Assembly (NCBI GenBank): GCA_016177575.1
Contig: JACOVA010000005.1
Location: forward strand, 397 to 64,396
DNA length: 64,000 bases
Direction of reading: 5' to 3'
DNA from: Betaproteobacteria bacterium
Lineage (GTDB): Bacteria > Pseudomonadota > Gammaproteobacteria > Burkholderiales > SG8-39
Shown: one piece after another, positions 1 to 8,531 of the stretch
Layout: each line of letters starts with the position of its first letter
Position numbering within the stretch: position 1 is the stretch's first letter
The notes under the pieces: model-generated
Seen by the model: the letters and a program-made list of their open reading frames with translations, nothing else
Told to the model about the DNA's origin: nothing
Databases searched by the model: none
Program-made: the position numbers and the translations under genes

Positions 1-1522
1 TGACCGTGACCCGGCTGCCGACGACCGACTTCGAATGGATGACGATGCCATAGGGGTGCGGCATCAGGATCGGCGAGCGCATGCGGCAGAAGATGTCGCT
101 GTTGAAGAGCACGCGCACCAGCTTGCTGAGCACCGGTACCTTGTGGCGGCAGAAGAACTGCAGCACGCGCGCGCCGGTGGGATTCGCTGCGCGCGCAGCC
201 GGGTAGCGACGCTCGACGCGGCGCTCCAGCCAGGCGAGCGCCGCCTGCCCGACGTGCGCCGTCACCGTATGCAGGCCGCGCGCGGCGTCGATGACGACCG
301 CATCGTCGAGCCGAACCGCGAGCCCGAGGTAGGCGCGGCGCTGCCGCTCCGATTCGTCGAGCGTCATCTCCTGCTTGCGCGACTGCAGCACGGCGGCGGG
401 CGCATCCAGCACCACCCACAGGTCGGGCTGCGGGACCGCGCGCGCGGCGGCGCGCGCCGCGCCGAGCGGCGCGCTATAGCGGTAGCGCCACGGGTCGGCG
501 AGCAGGTCGTGAAAGTAGCGGTCGAACACCGCCAGCCCGCTGCGGGTCGTGAGCGGGCGCAGCAGCAGCGCGTAGCCGGCCAGATAGTCGGCGACGAAGA
601 ACGCCAGCTTTGCGAGCGAGGCGGCGGCGCCGCGCGGCGGCTCGCCGTAGGGCGCGCCGGCCGCCGCGCCGCGCCCGGCGCCGAGCAGCCGCGGCCGCAG
701 GTGAAACACGCGCGTGCGCCGGAACGCGGGCGCGAGCTCGCTCACCGTGCGCTCGATCGCGCTGCTCTTGCCGCTGCCGTCGGCGCCGACGAACGCGATC
801 GTCATTCCGGTGGGCCGCAGCGCGCGCTGCAGCAGCCTGGCCGCCTCCGACAGCGCCTCGGTCGGCGACAGGCGCCTCGAGCGGCGCAGGGCGCGCCTCA
901 GCTGCGGCAGCGCCGCGCGCACGCCGCCCCACTGGTTGTGCGTCGCCGCCTGCGCGATCAGCCCGTTGTCCGGCAGCTCGGGCCAGAAGCCGATCATTCT
1001 GCGCAGCGCGCTGTCGGGGTCGGCGTGCCATTGCTGAGACAGGTACTCGCCGTGCGCATCGTCCAGCTCCTGCTTGTCGATTTTCTTCGTCAGGTAGTAG
1101 ATGAACTGCACGTCCGCCGCCGGGACGGCGAAGTTGCGCGGCTCTCCCTGCGCATCGACCGTGGCACGGCGGCCCCAGAGCAGCTCCTCGGCGCTCAGCA
1201 GGCGCCGGCCGGCGCGGCAATAGTCGCTGCAGAAGTCGGGCTGCAGGTAGCGCAGGCGGCCGACGCTGTCCTGCCAGGCGATGACGAAATAGCACGCCGT
1301 GCGCTCGTGGCGCAGCAGCTGCACCAGCCGCAGCCCGAAATCGCGGCAGAACTGCGAGATGGTGCGCGGCATCTGCTCGAAGTCGCGCTGCGATACCGCC
1401 AGGTCGAGATCGCTCGTGATGCGCTCGGGATAGTCACGCACGTCGCCGAGCACGCAGAACTCGATGTCGCGCTCGGCGAGCCGGGCGAACAGCGCTTGTG
1501 CGACGTAGCCTCGTTCGTCCAT
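1..1522 (-). CDS. Three-domain EPS-modification protein (3' end outside window): N-terminal nucleotidyltransferase-like region, central P-loop kinase-like domain, C-terminal hexapeptide (serine-acetyltransferase-like) domain
   Basis: Absent from the ORF track because it has no stop inside the window. Hand translation of the minus strand from ATG 1522-1520 gives 507 sense codons down to nt 1. It reads MDERGYVAQALFARLAERDIEFCVLGD..SDLDLAV (hDhD-like) .. MTIAFVGADGSGKSS (Walker A) .. VPVLSKLVRVLFNSDIFCRMRSPILMPHPYGIVIHSKSVVGSRVTV (typical start of CysE/EpsC-type acetyltransferases). The start is 4 nt after the stop of the upstream GT. Confidence 0.6.
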   Translation of the reverse strand, partial: MDERGYVAQALFARLAERDIEFCVLGDVRDYPERITSDLDLAVSQRDFEQMPRTISQFCRDFGLRLVQLLRHERTACYFVIAWQDSVGRLRYLQPDFCSDYCRAGRRLLSAEELLWGRRATVDAQGEPRNFAVPAADVQFIYYLTKKIDKQELDDAHGEYLSQQWHADPDSALRRMIGFWPELPDNGLIAQAATHNQWGGVRAALPQLRRALRRSRRLSPTEALSEAARLLQRALRPTGMTIAFVGADGSGKSSAIERTVSELAPAFRRTRVFHLRPRLLGAGRGAAAGAPYGEPPRGAAASLAKLAFFVADYLAGYALLLRPLTTRSGLAVFDRYFHDLLADPWRYRYSAPLGAARAAARAVPQPDLWVVLDAPAAVLQSRKQEMTLDESERQRRAYLGLAVRLDDAVVIDAARGLHTVTAHVGQAALAWLERRVERRYPAARAANPTGARVLQFFCRHKVPVLSKLVRVLFNSDIFCRMRSPILMPHPYGIVIHSKSVVGSRVTV

Positions 1523-1526
1523 GGCC

Positions 1527-2654
1527 TCAGTGCAGCAGCCCGCGGTAGCTCTCGAGCGCCTGCGCGGCGACGCTCTTCCACTGCAGGCGCTCGAGCGCAT
1601 AGCGCCGTCCGCGCCGGCCCATCTCCGGCCAGCAGGCGCGGCGCTGCAGCAGCGCGAGCAGCCCTGCTTCCACGCCGGCCACCGACGGCTCGACGGCAAT
1701 GCCGCAAGCGCTCGCGACCACGTGCCGCGCGGCGCCGGCGCGCTCCGAGACCAGCAGCACGCACCCGGCGAGCATCGCCTCCAGCGCCGCCAGCCCGAAG
1801 CCCTCGAAGCGCGACGGCAGGCACAGCAGTTCGTGCTCGGCGAGAATGTCGACCGGCGAGCGCTTGAAATCCGGGCCGAGGAACTCGACCTTGCGCGCGA
1901 TCGAGAGCGCCGCCGCCTGCCGCTCGAGCCTCGCCCGGTCGCCCCAGTCGGGACCGCGCACGGTCAGGCGCGCGTCGGCGCGCGCGGCGACGCGCGCGAA
2001 CGCCTCGAGCAGGAGGTCGAGCCCCTTGTTGTAGGCGTCGAGCCGGCCGAGAAAGACGATGCGCGGCGCGCCAGCGCCGGCGGCGCGCCGCCGCGGCGCT
2101 GCGTCGCTCGAGACGCCGTTCGGCGTCTCGATCACCGGGGTGTCGATGCCGAGGCGCCGCAACGCCTGCTCGTGCCTGCGATCGAGCACCTGGATCGCGC
2201 GCGCCTCGCTCAGGTGCCTGCGCTCGAACAGGAACCAGTAAGGCCATTTCAGGTGCGGGTTTCTGCGGAACATCCAGCGGTCGTAGGGATCGTGGGGGAT
2301 GGCGACGTACGGCACGCCGTGCCGGCGCAACGCCCTGCCGAGGGCGAAGCAGGCCGGATGGAACATGCCGTTCACGAGGCACAGGCCGGGCCCGGAACGC
2401 AGCTGCTCGGCGGCGTATCGGTGCAGTTCGGGCGCGACGCTGAAGCTCGCATAACGCGTCGCGTTGCGGAAGCACTCGATGCGGTAGCCGCGCCGCACCG
2501 GCGTCGAGCTGCGCGCCGCCCCCTCGCACAGCACGAGTGTTTCGGCGCCGTTCTGCGCCAGTCCCGCCGCCAGCCCGTCGACTGCGGAGGCGGTGCCGCC
2601 GATCAGCGGCGTGCCCGCCGGCGGGAAGTGCTTAAGATACAAGGCGACGCGCAT
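1527..2654 (-). CDS. Glycosyltransferase family 4 (GT-B, retaining)
   Basis: Tail of ORF 1527..2840, starting at the internal ATG (MRVALYLKHFPPAGTPLIGG). Contains the EX7E-type motif PSRFEGFGLAALEAMLAGCVLLVS. The upstream part of the ORF is Arg/Ala-rich and overlaps the next gene. Confidence 0.85.
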   Translation of the reverse strand: MRVALYLKHFPPAGTPLIGGTASAVDGLAAGLAQNGAETLVLCEGAARSSTPVRRGYRIECFRNATRYASFSVAPELHRYAAEQLRSGPGLCLVNGMFHPACFALGRALRRHGVPYVAIPHDPYDRWMFRRNPHLKWPYWFLFERRHLSEARAIQVLDRRHEQALRRLGIDTPVIETPNGVSSDAAPRRRAAGAGAPRIVFLGRLDAYNKGLDLLLEAFARVAARADARLTVRGPDWGDRARLERQAAALSIARKVEFLGPDFKRSPVDILAEHELLCLPSRFEGFGLAALEAMLAGCVLLVSERAGAARHVVASACGIAVEPSVAGVEAGLLALLQRRACWPEMGRRGRRYALERLQWKSVAAQALESYRGLLH

Positions 2655-3840
2655 GGTCGAGGCGCAGCGCACCGGGCAACGGCGCGCACGCGGCCGATTC
2701 GAGAGCCTCGCGCAGCGCGCGGCGCGCGCCCCATACCGGCGAGCGCAGCGCCGCCTGGCGCTGCGCCAGCCGCAGCGCCTCGAAGCTGCGGTGCTCGAGC
2801 AGCGCGACGGCGCGTGCCATGGCGCCGGGACCGGCGCCATAGTCCGCCAGACGCATGCTGCAGAGGTAATCGCGCAGCTTGCTCCCGAGCGAGAAGCCGA
2901 TCAGCGCCGTCCCCTGGGCAAGCGCGAGCACCGCGGCGTGCAGGCGCGAGGCGAGCACCACCTCGCTCGCGCGCAGCAGCGCGCTGAGCTCCTCGACGCT
3001 TTCGGGAATATGCAGCTCGGCGCCGCGCGATGCCAGGCGCTCGGCGACCCGGCGCGCGGGCGCGGCGTCCTGCGCGGTCCCCGTGGTGAAGACGCGGATC
3101 GCCCGCCCGGCGCGCCAATGGCACGCCAGCGCCACCAATGCGTCCTCGTAGTTGCGCTGCGGGAGCGTCGAAAGCCACCGCCAGGTGCAGACGTTGAGCG
3201 CCAGGCCGCCGCGCGCCGGGCCGCTGCGGTCCGCATCGCGCAGATCGGCTTCGGCAAGGCAGAAGTCGCCGAATACGCTCACTTCCGGCTGCGCCGGCAG
3301 ATCCGCGATGCGCCGGGCGCTCGCTTCGTCGCGCGCCGAAATCGCGCTGCACGCGGCGGCAAACGCCGTGAGCGCGCGCCGCGCGGGAGGCGACCACGCG
3401 CCATCGGTGCTGCAGCCCAGGCACAGCAGCGGCTTGCGCAGCACGCGTGCTGCGCGCGTGAGCGCGCACAGCGATTGCGGAAAGTGCATCTCGGCGCCGT
3501 CGAGCAGCGCGCCGCCGCCGACCGATATCGCTTGCGCCCGCCGCAGCGCCGGCAGCAGGCGCGCGATCCGGTAGCGCTGGCGCACGCCGCGCAGCGCCTG
3601 CGCGAGCAGCGGCGGCAGCACCGCGCGGATTGCCGCTGCGCCGACCCGATCGGCAGGACGCACGCCGCCGGCGGGGGAGGTGTCGACCGGCAGCAGCGAG
3701 CCGAATGCGTAGGAGCTGGTGCGCCAGCCGCAGCTCTCGAAGAACGCGCGCGCGCCGCGGTGGATGGCGCGATCGCCGAGGTTGCTCGTGTTCCATTCGC
3801 CGAACAGGGCGACTTCGGGCGGCAAATCGCGCAGCATCAT
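2632..3840 (-). CDS. Polysaccharide pyruvyl transferase family protein
   Basis: Tail of ORF 2632..4686 from MMLRDLPPEV. Motifs NTSNLGDRAI, ISVGGGALL and SRLHAAVLALAQGTALIGF are typical of the PS_pyruv_trans family. ATGA overlap with the flippase stop. Confidence 0.8.
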   Translation of the reverse strand: MMLRDLPPEVALFGEWNTSNLGDRAIHRGARAFFESCGWRTSSYAFGSLLPVDTSPAGGVRPADRVGAAAIRAVLPPLLAQALRGVRQRYRIARLLPALRRAQAISVGGGALLDGAEMHFPQSLCALTRAARVLRKPLLCLGCSTDGAWSPPARRALTAFAAACSAISARDEASARRIADLPAQPEVSVFGDFCLAEADLRDADRSGPARGGLALNVCTWRWLSTLPQRNYEDALVALACHWRAGRAIRVFTTGTAQDAAPARRVAERLASRGAELHIPESVEELSALLRASEVVLASRLHAAVLALAQGTALIGFSLGSKLRDYLCSMRLADYGAGPGAMARAVALLEHRSFEALRLAQRQAALRSPVWGARRALREALESAACAPLPGALRLDHARRLVS

Positions 3841-5171
3841 CCGTGGACCTTTCCGGGCAGCGCGCGCGCGCCCACCTCGGGCGTGCGCACCGCCGCACGC
3901 GCGCCGCGCGCCAGGCGCAGGTACGCGGCGACAGTGGCAGCGAGCAGGACCGAATTGATGAGTATTCCCGACAGCGGCACGCCCAGTATTCCGAGAAAAT
4001 GCACCAGCGCGACGCCGGTCGTGAACAGCATCAGCACCGGGAGCAGGTAGAGCAGAAAGATCGAGCGCGGACTGCCGAGAGCGAGGATGCCGACGTCGAA
4101 CGGATACTTGATGAAGGTGAAGTACTGGCTCGCCGCCGACAGGGCCAAAATGAGCGCCAGCTCCACGCTCGCGTACTTGTCGCCGTAGGCCAGCGCGAGC
4201 AGCGGCCCCGGGAAGGCGACCAGCAGCGCGCACAGCGGCAGCGGCGCGAGCGCAAGCACGCGCGACACCTTGCGCATCCACAGCGCAAGCCCGGCGCCGC
4301 CGCCGTCGCGGTACGACAGGCTGCCGCGCGCGGGCAGGTAGTTGTAGGCCGCCTGCCGGATCGGGTTGAGCACGTTCACGAGGTGGGTGGCGGCGCGGTA
4401 CAGGCCGACCTGCTCGGCGCCCAGCATGACCGCGACGATCCAGGCGTGCCCCTGCGTGCCGAGCCAGGCGAGCGCGTTCTGCGCGCCGAGCCATTTGCCG
4501 AAGCCCCACACCTCGGCGATCGAGGCGCGCAGCGCAGCCCGCTCGAGGCCGCGCAGCGCGACGTGGCCGCGCAGCTGCCAGGCGCCCGCGGCCACGCCGG
4601 CGAGCGAGGACCAGCCCAGCACCGCGAGCGCGGTCTCGGGGCGCGCGGACTCGCCCAGCGCCCGTACCAGGACGATGGCGCCGCAAAGCTGCAGTCCATA
4701 GGTGAGCAGGTCATTGGCCAGCGCGGCGCGCGATTCGCCGCGCGTATAGAGCACGCGCCGGACGAGCTCCTGGCCCATCCACGGCAGCGCCGCGAGCGCG
4801 AGCGCCAGCACGACGCTGCCGCCGCGCGGCGAGATCGATGCGCTCAGCAGCAGCCCGGCCGCCGCCAGCAGGCCGCACAGCGCCACGCTGCCGGCGGCCT
4901 GAGCGAGCAGCAGCGCCGTGGTGAAGCTCCGGTAGCGGGTGCCCTCCAGCCTCGCGCCCAGCACGTTGTGCGGCTGCGCGAGCAGCGCGCTCTGCATGCT
5001 GGTGAGCAGCAGCAGCGCGGTCTGGGCGATCGCGAACGCGCCGAAGGCGGCGGCGCTCATGGTGCGCGCGAAGACGTATACGGTGAGGAAGTTGGCGGCG
5101 CTGACAACGCACTGGTCGGCGACCGCCCACGCCGCCGGCCCGAGCCGCGCCAGGATGGCGGCCGGGCGCAC
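3837..5171 (-). CDS. Oligosaccharide/polysaccharide flippase (Wzx, MOP superfamily)
   Basis: Tail of ORF 3837..5687. About 12 hydrophobic segments (AAWAVADQCVVSAANFLTVYVFART... LLYLLPVLMLFTTGVALVHFLGILGV). GTG at 5171 sits 2 nt after the fcl stop. The start is not certain; an in-frame ATG lies further downstream. Confidence 0.7.
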   Translation of the reverse strand: MRPAAILARLGPAAWAVADQCVVSAANFLTVYVFARTMSAAAFGAFAIAQTALLLLTSMQSALLAQPHNVLGARLEGTRYRSFTTALLLAQAAGSVALCGLLAAAGLLLSASISPRGGSVVLALALAALPWMGQELVRRVLYTRGESRAALANDLLTYGLQLCGAIVLVRALGESARPETALAVLGWSSLAGVAAGAWQLRGHVALRGLERAALRASIAEVWGFGKWLGAQNALAWLGTQGHAWIVAVMLGAEQVGLYRAATHLVNVLNPIRQAAYNYLPARGSLSYRDGGGAGLALWMRKVSRVLALAPLPLCALLVAFPGPLLALAYGDKYASVELALILALSAASQYFTFIKYPFDVGILALGSPRSIFLLYLLPVLMLFTTGVALVHFLGILGVPLSGILINSVLLAATVAAYLRLARGARAAVRTPEVGARALPGKVHG

Positions 5172-5173
5172 GC

Positions 5174-6139
5174 CTAGGCCGCCGCCCTTTCGCTCTCGAA
5201 GACATCGTTCGCCAGGCACCACTGGTAGGTGCGCTCGATGCCCTGCGCGAGACGGGTGGCCGGCTGCCAGCCGAGCGCCCTCATGCGCGAGCTGTCGAGC
5301 AGCTTGCGCATCACTCCGTCGGGCTTCGAGGCATCGTAGCGCAGCTCGCCTTCCAGCCCGACGATGTGCATCACCATCTGCGCCAGCTCCCCGACGCTCA
5401 GGTCCTCGCCGGCGCCGACGTTCCACAGGCCGGGCTCGGCGTCCTTTTCCATCAGCAGCACGCAGGCGGCGGCGAAGTCCTCGACATGGAGCCACTCGCG
5501 CCGCGGCGTGCCGCTGCCCCAGATCTCGAGATCGCGCCCGCCGTTGCGCCGCGCGCGGTGGGCCTTGTGCAGCAGCGCCGGCAGCAGGTGGCTGGAGCGC
5601 AGGTCGAAGTTGTCGTACGGGCCGTACAGGTTGCAGGGCATCACCGACAGGTAGCGCGTGCCGTGCTGCCGGTTGAAGGCCTCGCACAGCTTGATGCCGG
5701 CGACCTTGGCGACCGCGTAGGGCTCGTTGGTCGGCTCGAACGGGCCGCTGAGCAGGTATTGCTCGCGGATCGGCTGCGGGCAGTCGCGCGGATAGACGCA
5801 GCTCGAGCCGAGAAATAGGAGCCGCCGCACGCCCGCCTCCAGCGCGGCCTGGATCACGTTCGCTTCGATCATCAGGTTCTGGTAGATGAAATCGCCGCGG
5901 TAGGTGTCGTTCGCCAGGATGCCGCCCACCTTGGCCGCGGCCAGGAACACGTAGTCCGGACGCATGTCGCGCATGAAGCGGCGCGTGGCGGCCTGGTCGG
6001 TCAGGTCGAGCTGCTGGTGCGTGCGGGTGACGAGGTTGGCGTAGCCGCGCGCGCGCAGCGCGCGCACCAGCGCCGAGCCGGCCATGCCGCGGCCGCCGGC
6101 GACGTAGATGCGCGAGTGCTTGCCGATCGGGTCGCTCAT
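5174..6139 (-). CDS. fcl: GDP-L-fucose synthase (GDP-4-keto-6-deoxy-D-mannose 3,5-epimerase/4-reductase)
   Basis: Tail of ORF 5174..6679 from MSDPIGKHSRIYVAGGRGMAGSALVRAL (GxxGxxG). Has the YAVAK catalytic YxxxK and NLYGPYDNF. 321 aa. Confidence 0.9.
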   Translation of the reverse strand: MSDPIGKHSRIYVAGGRGMAGSALVRALRARGYANLVTRTHQQLDLTDQAATRRFMRDMRPDYVFLAAAKVGGILANDTYRGDFIYQNLMIEANVIQAALEAGVRRLLFLGSSCVYPRDCPQPIREQYLLSGPFEPTNEPYAVAKVAGIKLCEAFNRQHGTRYLSVMPCNLYGPYDNFDLRSSHLLPALLHKAHRARRNGGRDLEIWGSGTPRREWLHVEDFAAACVLLMEKDAEPGLWNVGAGEDLSVGELAQMVMHIVGLEGELRYDASKPDGVMRKLLDSSRMRALGWQPATRLAQGIERTYQWCLANDVFESERAAA

Positions 6140-6156
6140 CGACGGCCGCCCCGGGC

Positions 6157-7041
6157 TCAGATCCTGTTCAGCACCGTCCCGGCCACGCGCGCGCCGCCGC
6201 GCACGACCGCGTCGTGCAGGCGCCGCAGCTGGCCGAGCTCGGTGCGGTTGTGGCGCGCGACCAGCAGCGCGCCGCCGGCGCGCGCGGCGACGATCTGCGC
6301 ATCCGAGCCGCGCGCCGACGCCGACGTGTCGATCAGCACCACGGAGTAGCGGCGCCTGGCGTCGCTCAGCAGGGCGGAGAGCTCGCCGCGGCTGAGCAGC
6401 TCGGCCGGATTCGGCGGCACCGCTCCGGCCGGCAGCACGAACAGGTTCTCGAAATACGGCACCTTCTCGGCGCTGCCGTTCATGGCGCGCGCGTACAGCG
6501 CGTGCGCCAGCCCCCTGCTGCCCATGAGGCGGAAGATCCGGTGCTGGCGCGGAAAGCGCAGGTCGGCGTCGATCAGCAGCGTCTTCTCGCCCAGCTGCGC
6601 GAACAGCACCGCGAGGTTCGCAGCGACATAGCTCCGGCCGTCGCCGCCGTCGGTGCTGAGCACGGCGAGGGTCCGGCAATCGGGCCCGAACCAGTGCAGC
6701 AGCAGCTGCGCGCGCAGGTCGCGCAGCGACTCCAGCTGGCGGTCGAACGGATCGTGCGCGGCGACCAGCTCCGGGCTGAGGCCGCCGGGGGCGCCGTAGA
6801 CGTAGGGCAGGCCGAACTGCACCGAGAGCGCGTACTGGATGTCGGCGGTGCTGACCAGCCCGAGCCGGCGCGCCGCCTCGCCGAAGCGCAGCAACTTTTC
6901 GCGATGCAATTTGAACACGCGCAGCTCGTCCCTGGGCTTGAGCTTGCCCATGTCGATCAGGATGCGGCCGATCGTGCGATTGTCGATCTCGGCCGCGGGC
7001 GTGGCCTGCTCGGCGCTTGCGGATTCGCTCATGTGTTTCAT
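6157..7041 (-). CDS. Cytoplasmic BY-kinase-like chain-length regulator subunit (EpsG-like) with atypical Walker A
   Basis: 294 aa. Walker A' is LLIDADLRFP and Walker B-like is VVLIDTSA. The Walker A position reads STDGGDGRSYVAANLA, so Arg replaces the canonical Lys. There are no Tyr residues in the C-terminal tail. Confidence 0.8.
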   Translation of the reverse strand: MKHMSESASAEQATPAAEIDNRTIGRILIDMGKLKPRDELRVFKLHREKLLRFGEAARRLGLVSTADIQYALSVQFGLPYVYGAPGGLSPELVAAHDPFDRQLESLRDLRAQLLLHWFGPDCRTLAVLSTDGGDGRSYVAANLAVLFAQLGEKTLLIDADLRFPRQHRIFRLMGSRGLAHALYARAMNGSAEKVPYFENLFVLPAGAVPPNPAELLSRGELSALLSDARRRYSVVLIDTSASARGSDAQIVAARAGGALLVARHNRTELGQLRRLHDAVVRGGARVAGTVLNRI

Positions 7042-7045
7042 GCTT

Positions 7046-8530
7046 TCACGGCTTGGGCAGCGAGTAGACGTTGGGGGCGCCGAGCGCGCGCGCCATCGCG
7101 CCGCGCGCCGAGCGCGGCGGCAGCACCGCCAGCAGCGGCACGCCGAGAACCTCGACCAGGTCCTCTTCCGAGCGCACCAGGCGGTAGGCGGACTCGAGCA
7201 GCAGCGCCAGGCCGAGGCTGAGCGCGAGTCCGAGCGCGCCGCCGATCAGCACGTTCAGCGCCAGCCGCGGGCTGGCGGGCCGCGTCGGCGCCGTCGCAGT
7301 ATCGACCACGGAGGCGTTCGGCCGCTCGCTCGCGCCCTCGATGCGCGCCTGCGAGACGCGCTGCGCCGCGCCGTTGTAGGCTCGCTGCGCGTTCTCGACG
7401 TCGCGCGCCAGCATGGCGAGCATCTCGCGGTCTTTCTTCATCCCGAGCACGCGCGCCTTCTGCCGCGCGAGCGCGCTGCGCAACGACGCCTCGCGCTGGC
7501 CCGCGACGTTGCCGCTCGAGGCGAGGCCCCGCGCCACCGAGCGCATCTCGGTGGAAAGCTGCGCGCGCAGCTGCTCGAGCTCGCCCGCGGCCGCCCGGTA
7601 GCGCGGATGGTTGGCGCCGACCTGGCGCGACATATCCTTCAGCTTCGCTTCGCGCTGCGCGACGTCCTCTCGCAGGCGCATCACCACCGGGCTCGTGATC
7701 ACATCGCCCGGAACCTCGCCGGCGGCGCGCCCCTGGCCGCTCGCGAAGCTGTGCAACTGGCGGCGGCGCGCCTCGGCGGCGTAGGTTTCGGATTGCGCCA
7801 TCACCAGCTGCGAGGACAGGTCGGCGAGGCGCGCGTTCTCGTAATCCATGCGCTCCTCGGTCGCCGTTATGCCCTTGTCCTGCTGGAATTTCGACTGCTT
7901 GGCCTCGGCCTGCTCGAGCGTCTGGCGGAGCTCCTTCAGCTGGCCGTCGAGCCAGGCCGTCTCGGTCCGCGCCGGCGAGGCCTTGAGCTGCACATTGGCC
8001 TCGAGGTAGGCGCGCATGAAGGCGTTGGCGACTGCGGCCGAAAACTCGGCGTTGCGCGAGCCGAAGCCGACTTTGAGCAGGCGGCTGTCGCGCCCGGCAT
8101 TGACCGAGAGCTCCTTGAGCAGCCGCTCGGCCATCCACTCGCGCAGCGACAGGTCCTCTTCCCTCTCCCCGGAGGCGAAGCGCGCGAACCAGCTGCGCAC
8201 CATCCCGAGCGGGCTGCGGCCAGCGAGCAGGCGGCGCGAATTCTCGGGGTCCTTTTCCAGTTCCAGCCGGTCGATCACGCGCATCGCAACGTTGCGGCTC
8301 GCAATCAGGTCGCGCTGGGTGGCGAGAAAATAATTGAACCCGGTCCCGCTGGTCGCGGTGAGCGCGGTGGCGTCGACGGCGGGCTGCTCGAGCAGCGCGC
8401 TCGCCTCGGCGTAATAGCGCGACGGCATGGCAATGCTCGCGGCCCAGGCGGCGATCACGAACAGCCCCGTCACGCCGACGATCAGGCCGAGGCGCGCGCG
8501 CAGGATGACGAGGAGGCGTGCGAAGCTCAT
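7046..8530 (-). CDS. Polysaccharide chain-length determinant, membrane/periplasmic subunit (EpsF/GumC/Wzz-like)
   Basis: 494 aa. N-terminal TM (LGLIVGVTGLFVIAAWAASIA), long coiled-coil region, C-terminal TM (LALNVLIGGALGLALSLGLALLL). Confidence 0.8.
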   Translation of the reverse strand: MSFARLLVILRARLGLIVGVTGLFVIAAWAASIAMPSRYYAEASALLEQPAVDATALTATSGTGFNYFLATQRDLIASRNVAMRVIDRLELEKDPENSRRLLAGRSPLGMVRSWFARFASGEREEDLSLREWMAERLLKELSVNAGRDSRLLKVGFGSRNAEFSAAVANAFMRAYLEANVQLKASPARTETAWLDGQLKELRQTLEQAEAKQSKFQQDKGITATEERMDYENARLADLSSQLVMAQSETYAAEARRRQLHSFASGQGRAAGEVPGDVITSPVVMRLREDVAQREAKLKDMSRQVGANHPRYRAAAGELEQLRAQLSTEMRSVARGLASSGNVAGQREASLRSALARQKARVLGMKKDREMLAMLARDVENAQRAYNGAAQRVSQARIEGASERPNASVVDTATAPTRPASPRLALNVLIGGALGLALSLGLALLLESAYRLVRSEEDLVEVLGVPLLAVLPPRSARGAMARALGAPNVYSLPKP

Positions 8531-8531
8531 C

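Noticed and set aside
150-260. Apparent frame change between the P-loop domain and the acetyltransferase domain (two separate genes)
   Set aside because: My first hand translation dropped one base. Re-deriving the reverse complement base by base shows both parts are in the same frame with no stop, so I report a fusion instead. Read-level verification is still advisable.
35-1867. 610-aa plus-strand ORF (and 474..1295, 1195..2529 on the minus strand) covering the left end of the window
   Set aside because: The translations are Arg/Ala/Pro-rich with low complexity and no recognisable motifs. They are shadow ORFs of the real minus-strand genes (the three-domain protein and the GT4), which is typical of ~70 % GC DNA.
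5174-6679. N-terminal extensions of several track ORFs (e.g. fcl as 501 aa, gap as 593 aa, manC as 728 aa, GT4 as 738 aa, argA as 607 aa)
   Set aside because: Only the C-terminal parts, starting at internal ATGs, match the families. The extensions are Arg-rich and overlap the well-supported upstream genes in another frame.
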